Below, piece after piece: positions 1-15,000 of a stretch of 64,000 nt of DNA. A program made the position numbers and the translations under genes. The notes beneath the pieces were generated by a model. The model saw only the letters and a list, made by a program, of their open reading frames with translations. It was not told where the DNA came from and searched no databases. The stretch comes from Eledone cirrhosa (lineage: Eukaryota). Numbering within the stretch: the first letter of the stretch is position 1; each line of letters begins with the position of its first letter. The stretch is taken from NCBI GenBank assembly GCA_964016885.1, contig OZ024754.1, positions 21,948,001-22,012,000 on the forward strand, read 5' to 3'.

Positions 1-3000
1 GATGTAGGTATGTTATATATGTGGTAGATGGAGGAATGTTATATATGTGGTAGATGGAGGTATGTTATATATGTGGCAGATGTAGGTATGTTATATATGT
101 GGTAGATGGATGTATGTTATATATATGTGGTAGATGGAGGTATGTTATATGTGTGGTAGATGTAGATATGTTATATATATGTGGTAGATGGAGGTATGTT
201 ATATGTGAGGTAAATGGAGGTATGTTATATATGTGGTAGATGGAGATATGTTATATATGTGTGGTAGATGGAGGTATGTTATATGTGTGGTAGATGGAGG
301 TATGTTATATGTGTGTGGTAGATGTAGGTATGTTATATATGTGGTAGATGGAGGTATGTTATATGTGTGTGGTAGATGGAGGTATGTTATATATGTGGTA
401 GATGGAGGTATGTTATATATATGTGGTAGATGGATGTATGTTATATATATATGGTAGATGGAGGTATGTTATATATATGTGGTAGAGGGATGTATGTTAT
501 ATGTGTAGTAGATGGAGGTATGTTATATGTGTGATAGTAGGAGGTATGTTATATATGTGGTAGATGGAGGTATGTTATATGCATGGTAGATGGAGGTATA
601 TTATATGCATGGTAGATGGACGTATGTTATATATGTGTGGTAGATGTAGGTATGTTATGTATGTGGTAGATGGAGGTATGTTATTTGTGTGGTAGATGGA
701 GGTATGTTATATGTGTGGAATGTAGGTATTTTATATGTGTGGTAGATGGAGGTATGTTATACATGTGGTAGATGGAGATATGTTATATATGTGTGGTAGA
801 TGGAGGTATGTTATGTGTGGTAGATGGAGGAATGTTATATGTGTGGAAGATGGAGGTATGTTATATATATGTGGTAGATGGAGGTATGTTATATGTGTGG
901 AAGATGGAGGTATGTTATATATATGTGGTAGATGGAGGTATGTTATATATGTGGTAGATGGAGGTATGTTATATATGTGGTAGATGGAGGTATGTTATAT
1001 ATGTGGTAGATGGAGGTATGTTATATATGTGGTAGATGGAGGTATGTTATGTATGTGGTAGATGGAGGTATGTTATATATGTGGTAGATGGAGGTATGTT
1101 ATATATGTGGTAGATGGAGGTATGTTATATATGTGGTAGATGGAGGTATGTTATATATGTGGTAGATGGAGGTATGTTATGTATGTGGTAGATGGAGGTA
1201 TGTTATATATGTGGTAGATGGAGGTATGTTATATATGTGGTAGATGGAGGTATGTTATATATGTGTGGTAGATGGAGGTATGTTATATATGTGGTAGATG
1301 GATGTATGTTATATATGTGTGGTAGATGGAGGTATGTTATATATGTGGTAGATGGAGGTATGTTATATATGTGTGGTAGATGGAGGTATGTTATATATGT
1401 GGTAGATGGAAGTATGTTATATGTGTGTGGTAGATGGAGGTATGTTATATATGTGGTAGATGGAGGTATGTTATATGTGTGGTAGATGGAGGAATGTTAT
1501 ATATGTGGTAGATGGAGGTATGTTATATATGTGGCAGATGTAGGTATGTTATATATGTGGTAGATGGATGTATGTTATATATATGTGGTAGATGGAGGTA
1601 TGTTATATGTGTGGTAGATGTAGATATGTTATATATATGTGGTAGATGGAGGTATGTTATATGTGAGGTAAATGGAGGTATGTTATATATGTGGTAGATG
1701 GAGATATGTTATATATGTGTGGTAGATGGAGGTATGTTATATGTGTGGTAGATGGAGGTATGTTATATGTGTGTGGTAGATGTAGGTATGTTATATATGT
1801 GGTAGATGGAGGTATGTTATATGTGTGTGGTAGATGGAGGTATGTTATATATGTGGAAGATGGAGGTATGTTATATATATGTGGTAGATGGATGTATGTT
1901 ATATATATATGGTAGATGGAGGTATGTTATATATATGTGGTAGAGGGATGTATGTTATATGTGTAGTAGATGGAGGTATGTTATATGTGTGATAGTAGGA
2001 GGTATGTTATATATGTGGTAGATGGAGGTATGTTATATGCAAGGTAGATGGAGGTATATTATATGCATGGTAGATGGACGTATGTTATATATGTGTGGTA
2101 GATGTAGGTATGTTATGTATGTGGTAGATGGAGGTATGTTATTTGTGTGGTAGATGGAGGTATGTTATATGTGTGGAACGTAGGTATTTTATATGTGTGG
2201 TAGATGGAGGTATGTTATACATGTGGTAGATGGAGATATGTTATATATGTGTGGTAGATGGAGGTATGTTATGTGTGGTAGATGGAGGAATGTTATATGT
2301 GTGGAAGATGGAGGTATGTTATATATATGTGGTAGATGGAGGTATGTTATATGTGTGGAAGATGGAGGTATGTTATATATATGTGGTAGATGGAGGTATG
2401 TTATATATATGTGGTAGATGGAGGTATGTTATATATGTGTGATAGATGGAGGTAGGTTATATGTGTGGTAGATGGATGTATGTTATATGTGTGGTAGATG
2501 GATGTATGTTATATGTGTGGTAGATGGAGGTATGTTATATATGTGATAGATGGAGGTATGTTATATATGTGGTAGATGGAGGTATGTTATATATGTGGTA
2601 GATGGAAGTATGTTATATATGTGGTAGATGGAGGTATGTTATATATGTGGTAGATGGAGGTATGTTATGTATGTGGTAGATGGAGGTATGTTATATATGT
2701 GGTAGATGGAGGTATGTTATATATGTGGTAGATGGAGGTATGTTATATATGTGGTAGATGGAGGTATGTTATATATGTGGTAGATGGAGGTATGTTATGT
2801 ATGTGGTAGATGGAGGTATGTTATATATGTGGTAGATGGAGGTATGTTATATATGTGGTATATGGAGGTATGTTATATATGTGTGGTAGATGGAGGTATG
2901 TTATATATGTGGTAGATGGAGGTATGTTATATATGTGTGGTAGATGGAGGTATGTTATATATGTGGTAGATGGAGGTATGTTATATATGTGTGGTAGATG

Positions 3001-6000
3001 GAGGTATGTTATATATGTGGTAGATGGAAGTATGTTATATGTGTGTGGTAGATGGAGGTATGTTATATATGTGGTAGATGGAGGTATGTTATATGTGTGG
3101 TAGATGGAGGTATGTTATATATGTGGTAGATGGAGGTATGTTATATATGTGGTAGATGGAGGTATGTTATATGTGTGGTAGATGTAGTTATATTATATGC
3201 ATGGTAGATGGAGGTATGTTATATGTGTGTGGTAGATGTAGGTATGTTATATATGTGTGGTAGATGGAGGTATGTTATATGTGGTAGATTGAGGTATGTT
3301 ATATGTGTGTGGTAGATGGAGGTATGTTATATATGTGGTAGATGGAGGTATGTTATATGCGTGGTAGATGGAGGTATGTTATATATGTGGTAGATGGAGG
3401 TATGTTATATATGTCTGGTAGATGGAGGTATGTTATATATGTGGTAGATGGAGGTATGTTATATGTGTGGTAGATGGAGGTATGTTATATATATGTGGTA
3501 GATGGATGTATGTTATATATGTGGTAGATGGAGGTATGTTATATATATGTGGTAGAGGGATGTATGTTATATGTGTAGTAGATGGTGGTATGTTATATGT
3601 GTGATAGTAGGAGGTATGTTATATATGTGGTAGATGGAGGTATGTTATATGCATGGTAGATGGAGGTATATTATATGCATGGTAGATGGAGGTATGTTAT
3701 ATGCGTGGTAGATGTAGGTATGTTATGTATGTGGTAGATGGAGGTATGTTATATGCATGGTAGATGGTGGTATGTTATATATGTGGTAGATGGAGGTATG
3801 TTATATGCGTGGTAGATGGAGGTATGTTATATATGTGTGGTAGATGGAGGTATGTTATATGTGTGTGGTAGATGGAGGTATGTTATATGTGGTAGATGGA
3901 GGTATGTTATATATATGTGGTAGATGGAAGTATGTTATATATATGTGGTAGATGGAGGTATGTTATATATGTGGTAGATGGAGGTATGTTATATATGTGG
4001 TAGATGGAGGTATGTTATATATGTGGTAGATGGAGGTATGTTATATATATGTGGTAGATGGAGGTATGTTATATGCGTGGTAGATGGAGGTATGTTATAT
4101 ATATGTGGTAGATGGAGGTATGTTATATGTGTGTGGTAGATGGAGGTATGTTATATGTGTGGTAGATGGAGCTATGTTATATATATGTGATAGATGGAGG
4201 TATGTTATATATATGTGGTAGATGGAGGTATGTTATATATATGTGGTAGATGGAGGTATGTTATATATATGTGGTAGATGGAGGTATGTTATATATGCGT
4301 GGTAGATGTAGGTATGTTATATATGTGGTAGATGGAGGTATGTTATATATGTGGTAGATGGAGGTATGTTATATATATGTGGTAGATGGAGGTATGTTAT
4401 ATGTGTGTGGTAGATGGAGGTATGTTATATGTGTGGTAGATGGAGGTATGTTATATGTGTGTGGTAGATGGAGGTATGTTATATATTTGTGGTAGATGGA
4501 GGAATAGTATCTATATATATCTGTGGTAGATGGAGGTATGTTATATATGTGTGGTAGATGGAGGTATGTTATGTGTGTGGTAGATGGAGGTATGTGATAG
4601 ATGGATGTATGTTATATATATGTGGTAGATGGAGGTATGTTATATATGTGATAGATGGAGGTATGTTATATATGTGGTAGATGGAAGTATGTTATATGTG
4701 TGTGGTAGATGGAGGTATGTTATATATATGTGGTAGATGGAGGTATGTTATACGTGTGTGGTAGATGGGGGTATGTTATATATGTGTGGTAGATGTAGGT
4801 ATGTTATATATGTGGTAGATGGAGGTATGTTATATATGTGGTAGATGGAGGTATGTTATATATGTGGTAGATGGAGGTATGTTATATATGTGGTAGATGG
4901 AGGTATGTTATATATGTGGTAGATGGAGGTATGTTATATATATGTGGTAGATGGAGGTATTTTATATATGTGGTAGATGGAGGTATGTTATATATGTGGT
5001 AGATGGAGGTATGTTATATATATGTGGTAGATGGAGGTATGTTATATATATGTGGTAGATGGAGGTATGTTATATGTGTGTGGTAGATGGAGGTATGTTA
5101 TATGCGTGGTAGATGGAGGTATGTTATATATATGTGGTAGATGGAGGTATGTTATATGTGTGTGGTAGATGGAGGTATGTTATATGTGTGGTAGATGGAG
5201 CTATGTTATATATATATGATAGATGGAGGTATGTTATATATATGTGGTAGATGGAGGTATGTTATATATATGTGGTAGATGGAGGTATGTTATATGTGTG
5301 TGGTAGATGGAGGTATGTTATATATGTGTGGTAGATGGAGGTATGTTATATATGTGGTAGATGGAGGTATGTTATATGTGTGTGGTAGATGGAGGTATGT
5401 TATATATTTGTGGTAGATGGAGGAATAGTATCTATATATATCTGTGGTAGATGGAGGTATGTTATATATGTGTGGTAGATGGAGGTATGTTATGTGTGTG
5501 GTAGATGGAGGTATGTGATAGATGGATGTATGTTATATATATGTGGTAGATGGAGGTATGTTATATATGTGATAGATGGAGGTATGTTATATATGTGGTA
5601 GATGGAAGTATGTTATATGTGTGTGGTAGATGGAGGTATGTTATATATATGTGGTAGATGGGGGTATGTTATATGTGTGTGGTAGATGGAGGTATGTTAT
5701 ATATGTGTGGTAGATGTAGGTATGTTATATATGTGGTAGATGGAGGTATGTTATATATGTGGTAGATTGAGGTATGTTATATATGTGGTAGATAGAGGTA
5801 TGTTATATATGTGGTAGATGGAGGTATGTTATATATGTGGTAGATGGAGGTATGTTATATATGTGGTAGATGGAAGTATGTTATATATGTGGTAGATGGA
5901 GGTATGTTATATATGTGTGGTAGATGGAGGTATGTTATATATGTGGTAGATGGAGGTATGTTATATATGTGGTAGATGGAGGTATGTTATATATGTGTGG

Positions 6001-9000
6001 TAGATGGAGGTATGTTATATGTGTGTGGTAGATGGAGGTATGTTATATATGTGGTAGATGGAAGTATGTTATATGTGTGTGGTAGATGGAGGTATGTTAT
6101 ATATGTGGTAGATGGAGGTATGTTATATGTGTGGTAGATGGAGGTATGTTATATATATGTGGTAGATGGAGGTATGTTATATGTGTGTGGTAGATGGAGG
6201 TATGTTATATGTGTGGTAGATGGAGGTATGTTATATATATGTGATAGATGGAGGTATGTTATATATATGTGGTAGATGGAGGTATGTTATATATATGTGG
6301 TAGATGGAGGTATGTTATATGCGTGGTAGATGTAGGTATGTTATATATGTGGTAGATGGAGGTATGTTATATATGTGGTAGATGGAGGTATGTTATATGT
6401 GTGGTAGATGGAGGTATGTTATATGTGTGTGGTAGATGGAGGTATGTTATATATTTGTGGTAGATGGAGGAATAGTATCTATATATATCTGTGGTAGATG
6501 GAGGTATGTTATGTGTGTGGTAGATGGAGGTATGTGGTAGATGGATGTATGTTATATATATGTGGTAGATGGAGGTATGTTATATATGTGATAGATGTAG
6601 GTATGTTATATATGTGATAGATGTAGGTATGTTATATATGTGGTAGATGGAAGTATGTTATATGTGTGTGGTAGATGGAGGTATGTTATATATATGTGGT
6701 AGATGGAGGTATGTTATACGTGTGTGGTAGATGGAGGTATGTTATATATGTCTGGTAGATGTAGGTATGTTATATATGAGGTAGATGGAGGTATGTTATA
6801 TATGTGGTAGATGGAGGTATGTTATATATGTGGTAGATGGAGGTATGTTATATATGTGGTAGGTGGAAGTATGTTATATATGTGGTAGATGGAGGTATGT
6901 TATATATGTGTGGTAGATGGAGGTATGTTATATATGTGGTAGATGGAGGTATGTTATATATGTGGTAGATGGAGGTATGTTATATATGTGTGGTAGATGG
7001 AGGTATGTTATATGTGTGTGGTAGATGGAGGTATGTTATATATGTGGTAGATGGAAGTATGTTATATGTGTGTGGTAGATGGAGGTATGATATATATGTG
7101 GTAGATGGAGGTATGTTATATGTGTGGTACATGGAGGTATGTTATATATGTGGTAGATGGAGGTATGTTATATATGTGGTAGATGGAGGTATGTTATATG
7201 TGTGGTAGATGGAGTTATATTATATGCATGGTAGATGGAGGTATGTTATATGTGTGTGGTAGATGGAGGTATGTTATATATGTGGTAGATGGAGGTATGT
7301 TATATGCGTGGTAGATGGAGGTATGTTATATATGTGGTAGATGGAGGTATGTTATATATGTCTGGTAGATGGAGGTATGTTATATATATGTGGTAGATGG
7401 AGGTATGTTTTATGTGTGTGGTAGATGGAGGTATGTTATATGTATGTGATAGATGGAGGTATGTTATATATATGTGGTAGATGGAGGTATGTTATATATA
7501 TGTGGTAGATGGAGGTATGTTATATGCGTGGTAGATGGAGGTATGTTATATATGTGGTAGATGGAGGTATGTTATTATGTGGTAGATGGAGGTATGTTAT
7601 ATGTGTGGTAGATGGAGGTATGTTATATGTGTGTGGTAGATGGAGGTATGTTATATATTTGTGGTAGATGGAGGAATAGTATCTATATATATCTGTGGTA
7701 GATGGAGGTATGTTATATATGTGTGGTAGATGGAGGTATGTTATGTGTGTGGTAGATGGAGGTATGTGGTAGATGGATGTATGTTATATATATATGTGGT
7801 AGATGGAGGTATGTTATATATGTGATAGATGTAGGTATGTTATATATGTGGTAGATGGAAGTATGTTATATGTGTGTGGTAGATGGAGGTATGTTATATA
7901 TATGTGGTAGATGGACGTATGTTATACGTGTGTGGTAGATGTAGGTATGTTATATATGAGGTAGATGGAGGTATGTTATATATGTGGTAGATGGAGGTAT
8001 GTTATATATGTGGTAGATGGAGGTATGTTATATATGTGGTAGATGGAGGTATGTTATATATGTGGTAGATGGAGGTATGTTATATATGAGGTAGATGGAG
8101 GTATGTTATATATGTGGTAGATGGAGGTATGTTATATATGTGGTAGATGGAAGTATGTTATATATGTGGTAGATGGAGGTATGTTATATATGTGTGGTAG
8201 ATGGAGGTATGTTATATATGTGGTAGATGGAGGTATGTTATATATGTGGTAGATGGAGGTATGTTATATGTGTGTGGTAGATGGAGGTATGTTATATATG
8301 TGGTAGATGGAAGTATGTTATATGTGTGTGGTAGATGGAGGTATGTTATATATGTGGTAGATGGAGGTATGTTATATGTGTGGTAGATGGAGGTATGTTG
8401 TATATGTGGTAGATGGAGGTATGTTATATATATGTGGTAGAGGGATGTATGTTATATGTGTAGTAGATGGTGGTATGTTATATGTGTGATAGTAGGAGGT
8501 ATGTTATATATGTGGTAGATGGAGGTATGTTATATGCATGGTAGATGGAGGTATGTTATAGATGTGTGGTAGATGTAGGTATGTTATGTATGTGGTAGAT
8601 GGAGGTATGTTATATGCATGGTAGATGGTGGTATGTTATATATGTGGTAGATGGAGGTATGTTATATGCGTGGTAGATGGAGGTATGTTATATATGTGTG
8701 GTAGATGGAGGTATGTTATATGTGTGTGGTAGATGGAGGTATGTTATATGTGGTAGATGGAGGTATGTTATATATATGTGGTAGATGGAAGTATGTTATA
8801 TATATGTGGTAGATGGAGGTATGTTATATATATGTGGTAGATGGAGGTATGTTATATATGTGGTAGATGGAGGTATGTTATATATGTGGTAGATGGAGGT
8901 ATGTTATATATATGTGGTAGATGGAGGTATGTTATATATGTGGTAGATGGAGGTATGTTATATATATGTGGTAGATGGAGGTATGTTATATGCGTGGTAG

Positions 9001-12000
9001 ATGGAGGTATGTTATATATATGTGGTAGATGGAGGTATGTTATATGTGTGTGGTAGATGGAGGTATGTTATATGTGTGGTAGATGGAGCTATGTTATATA
9101 TATGTGATAGATGGAGGTATGTTATATATATGTGGTAGATGGAAGTATGTTATATATATGTGGTAGATGGAGGTATGTTATATATATGTGGTAGATGGAG
9201 GTATGTTATATATGCGTGGTAGATGTAGGTATGTTATATATGTGGTAGATGGAGGTATGTTATATATGTGGTAGATGGAGGTATGTTATATATGTGGTAG
9301 ATGGAGGTATGTTATATATATGTGGTAGATGGAGGTATGTTATATGTGTGTGGTAGATGGAGGTATGTTATATGTGTGGTAGATGGAGGTATGTTATATG
9401 TGTGTGGTAGATGGAGGTATGTTATATATTTGTGGTAGATGGAGGAATAGTATCTATATATATCTGTGGTAGATGGAGGTATGTTATATATGTGTGGTAG
9501 ATGGAGGTATGTTATGTGTGTGGTAGATGGAGGTATGTGATAGATGGATGTATGTTATATATATGTGGTAGATGGAGGTATGTTATATATGTGATAGATG
9601 GAGGTATGTTATATATGTGGTAGATGGAAGTATGTTATATGTGTGTGGTAGATGGAGGTATGTTATATATATGTGGTAGATGGAGGTATGTTATATATGT
9701 GGTAGATGGAGGTATGTTATATATGTGGTAGATGGAGGTATGTTATATATGTGGTAGATGGAGGTATGTTATATATGTGGTAGATGGAGGTATGTTATAT
9801 ATGTGGTAGATGGAGGTATGTTATATATATGTGGTAGATGGAGGTATTTTATATATGTGGTAGATGGAGGTATGTTATATATGTGGTAGATGGAGGTATG
9901 TTATATATATGTGGTAGATGGAGGTATGTTATATATGTGGTAGATGGAGGTATGTTATATATATGTGGTAGATGGAGGTATGTTATATGTGTGTGGTAGA
10001 TGGAGGTATGTTATATGCGTGGTAGATGGAGGTATGTTATATATATGTGGTAGATGGAGGTATGTTATATGTGTGTGGTAGATGGAGGTATGTTATATGT
10101 GTGGTAGATGGAGCTATGTTATATATGTGTGGTAGATGTAGGTATGTTATATATGTGGTAGATGGAGGTATGTTATATATGTGGTAGATGGAGGTATGTT
10201 ATATGTGTGGTAGATGGAGGTATGTTATATGTGTGTGGTAGATGGAGGTATGTTATATATTTGTGGTAGATGGAGGAATAGTATCTATATATATCTGTGG
10301 TAGATGGAGGTATGTTATATATGTGTGGTAGATGGAGGCATGTTATGTGTGTGGTAGATGGAGGTATGTGATAGATGGATGTATGTTATATATATGTGGT
10401 AGATGGAGGTATGTTATATATGTGATAGATGGAGGTATGTTATATATGTGGTAGATGGAAGTATGTTATATGTGTGTGATAGATGGAGGTATGTTATACG
10501 TGTGTGGTAGATGGAGGTATGTTATATATGTGTGGTAGATGGAGGTATGTTATATATGTGGTAGATGGAGGTATGTTATATATGTGGTAGATGGAGGTAT
10601 GTTATATATGTGGTAGATGGAGGTATGTTATATATGTGGTAGATGGAGGTATGTTATATATGTGGTAGATGGAGGTATGTTATATATGTGGTAGATGGAA
10701 GTATGTTATATATGTGGTAGATGGAGGTATGTTATATATGTGTGGTAGATGGAGGTATGTTATATATGTGGTAGATGGAGGTATGTTATATATGTGGTAG
10801 ATGGAGGTATGTTATATATGTGGTAGATGGAGGTATGTTATATATGTGGTAGATGGAGGTATGTTATATATGTGGTAGATGGAGGTATGTTATATATGTG
10901 GTAGATGGAGGTATGTTATATATGTGGTAGATGGAGGTATGTTATATATGTGGTAGATGGAGGTATGTTATATATGTGGTAGATGGAAGTATGTTATATA
11001 TGTGGTAGATGGAGGTATGTTATATATGTGTGGTAGATGGAGGTATGTTATATATGTGGTAGATGGAGGTATGTTATATATGTGGTAGATGGAGGTATGT
11101 TATATGTGTGTGGTAGATGGAGGTATGTTATGTGTGTGGTAGATGGAGGTATGTTATATATGTGGTAGATGGAGGTATGTTATATGTGTGGTAGATGGAG
11201 GTATGTTGTATATGTGGTAGATGGAGGTATGTTACATATGTGGTAGATGGAGGTATGTTATATGTGTGGTAGATGGAGTTATATTATATGCATGGTAGAT
11301 GGAGGTATGTTATATGTGTGTGGTAGATGGAGGTATGTTATATATGTGTGGTAGATGGAGGTATGTTATATGTGGTAGATTGAGATATGTTATATGTGTG
11401 TGGTAGATGGAGGTATGTTATATATGTGGTAGATGGAGGTATGTTATATGCGTGGTAGATGGAGGTATGTTATATATGTGGTAGATGGAGGTATGTTATA
11501 TATGTGGTAGATGGAGGTATGTTATATATGTGGTAGATGGAGGTATGTTATATGTGTGGTAGATGGAGTTATATTATATGCATGGTAGATGGAGGTATGT
11601 TATATGTGTGTGGTAGATGGAGGTATGTTATATATGTGTGGTAGATGGAGGTATGTTATATGTGGTAGATTGAGATATGTTATATGTGTGTGGTAGATGG
11701 AGGTATGTTATATATGTGGTAGATGGAGGTATGTTATATGCGTGGTAGATGGAGGTATGTTATATATGTGGTAGATGGAGGTATGTTATATATGTGGTAG
11801 ATGGAGGTATGTTATATATGTGGTAGATGGAGGTATGTTATATATGTCTGGTAGATGGAGGTATGTTATATATGTGTGGTAGATGGAGGTATGTTATATA
11901 TGTGGTAGATGGAGGTATGTTATATATATGTGGTAGATGGATGTATGTTATATATATATGGTAGATAGAGGTATGTTATATATATGTGGTAGAGGGATGT

Positions 12001-15000
12001 ATGTTATATGTGTGATAGTAGGAGGTATGTTATATATGTGGTAGATGGAGGTATGTTATATGCATGGTAGATGGAGGTATGTTATATATGTGGTAGATGG
12101 AGGTATGTTATATGTGTGTGGTAGATGGAGGTATGTTATATATTTGTGGTAGATGGAGGAATAGTATCTATATATATCTGTGGTAGATGGAGGTATGTTA
12201 TATATGTGTGGTAGATGGAGGTATGTTATGTGTGGTAGATGGAGGTATGTGATAGATGGATGTATGTTATATATATGTGGTAGATGGAGGTATGTTATAT
12301 ATGTGATAGATGGAGGTATGTTATATATGTGGTAGATGGAAGTATGTTATATGTGTGTGGTAGATGGAGGTATGTTATATATATGTGGTAGATGGGGGTA
12401 TGTTATACGTGTGTGGTAGATGGAGGTATGTTATATATGTGTGGTAGATGTAGGTATGTTATATATGTGGTAGATGGAGGTATGTTATATATGTGGTAGA
12501 TTGAGGTATGTTATATATGTGGTAGATAGAGGTATGTTATATATGTGGTAGATGGAGGTATGTTATATATGTGGTAGATGGAGGTATGTTATATATGTGG
12601 TAGATGGAAGTATGTTATATATGTGGTAGATGGAGGTATGTTATATATGTGTGGTAGATGGAGGTATGTTATATATGTGGTAGATGGAGGTATGTTATAT
12701 ATGTGGTAGATGGAGGTATGTTATATATGTGTGGTAGATGGAGGTATGTTATATATGTGGTAGATGGAAGTATGTTATATGTGTGTGGTAGATGGAGGTA
12801 TGTTATATATGTGGTAGATGGAGGTATGTTATATGTGTGGTAGATGGAGGTATGTTATATATATGTGGTAGATGGAGGTATGTTATATGTGTGTGGTAGA
12901 TGGAGGTATGTTATATGTGTGGTAGATGGAGGTATGTTATATATATGTGATAGATGGAGGTATGTTATATATATGTGGTAGATGGAGGTATGTTATATAT
13001 ATGTGGTAGATGGAGGTATGTTATATATATGTGGTAGATGGAGGTATGTTATATGCGTGGTAGATGTAGGTATGTTATATATGTGGTAGATGGAGGTATG
13101 TTATATATGTGGTAGATGGAGGTATGTTATATGTGTGGTAGATGGAGGTATGTTATATGTGTGTGGTAGATGGAGGTATGTTATATATGTGGTAGATGGA
13201 GGTATGTTATATGTGTGTGGTAGATGGAGGTATGTTATGTGTGTGGTAGATGGAGGTATGTTATATATGTGGTAGATGGAGGTATGTTATATGTGTGGTA
13301 GATGGAGGTATGTTGTATATGTGGTAGATGGAGGTATGTTACATATGTGGTAGATGGAGGTATGTTATATGTGTGGTAGATGGAGTTATATTATATGCAT
13401 GGTAGATGGAGGTATGTTATATGTGTGTGGTAGATGGAGGTATGTTATATATGTGTGGTAGATGGAGGTATGTTATATGTGGTAGATTGAGATATGTTAT
13501 ATGTGTGTGGTAGATGGAGGTATGTTATATATGTGGTAGATGGAGGTATGTTATATGCGTGGTAGATGGAGGTATGTTATATATGTGGTAGATGGAGGTA
13601 TGTTATATATGTGGTAGATGGAGGTATGTTATATATGTGGTAGATGGAGGTATGTTATATGTGTGGTAGATGGAGTTATATTATATGCATGGTAGATGGA
13701 GGTATGTTATATGTGTGTGGTAGATGGAGGTATGTTATATATGTGTGGTAGATGGAGGTATGTTATATGTGGTAGATTGAGATATGTTATATGTGTGTGG
13801 TAGATGGAGGTATGTTATATATGTGGTAGATGGAGGTATGTTATATGCGTGGTAGATGGAGGTATGTTATATATGTGGTAGATGGAGGTATGTTATATAT
13901 GTGGTAGATGGAGGTATGTTATATATGTGGTAGATGGAGGTATGTTATATATGTCTGGTAGATGGAGGTATGTTATATATGTGTGGTAGATGGAGGTATG
14001 TTATATATGTGGTAGATGGAGGTATGTTATATATATGTGGTAGATGGATGTATGTTATATATATATGGTAGATAGAGGTATGTTATATATATGTGGTAGA
14101 GGGATGTATGTTATATGTGTGATAGTAGGAGGTATGTTATATATGTGGTAGATGGAGGTATGTTATATGCATGGTAGATGGAGGTATATTAAATGCATGG
14201 TAGATGGAGGTATGTTATATATGTGTGGTAGATGTAGGTATGTTATGTATGTGGTAGATGGAGGTATCTTATGTGTGTGGTAGATGGAGGTATGTTATAT
14301 GTGTGGTAGATGGAAGTATGTTATATGTGTGTGGTAGATGGATGTATGTTATATATGTGGTAGATGGAGGTATGTTATATGTGTGTGGTAGATGGAGGTA
14401 TTTTATATGTGTGTGGTAGATGTAGGTATTTTATATATGTGGTAGATGGAGGTATGTTATATGTGTGTGGTAGATGGAGGTATGTTATATATATGTGGTA
14501 GATGGAGGTATGTTATATATATGTGGTAGATGGAGGTATGTTATATATGTGGTAGATGGAGGTATGTTATATATGTGGTAGATGGAGGTATGTTATATAT
14601 GTGGTAGATGGAGGTATGTTATATATGTGGTAGATGGAGGTATGTTATATATGTGGTAGATGGAGGTATGTTATATATATGTGGTAGATGGAGGTATGTT
14701 ATATGCGTAGTAGATGTAGGTATGTTATATATGTGGTAGATGGAGGTATGTTATATATGTGGTAGATGGAGGTATGTTATATATATGTGGTAGATGGAGG
14801 TATGTTATATGTGTGTGGTAGATGGAGGTATGTTATATATATGTGGTAGATGGAGGTATGTTATATGTGTGTGGTAGATGGAGTTATGTTATATATATGT
14901 GGTAGATGGAGGTATGTTATATGTGTTGTAGATGGAGGTATGTTATATATGTGTGGTAGATGGAGGAATAGTATCTATATATATCTATGGTAGATGGAGG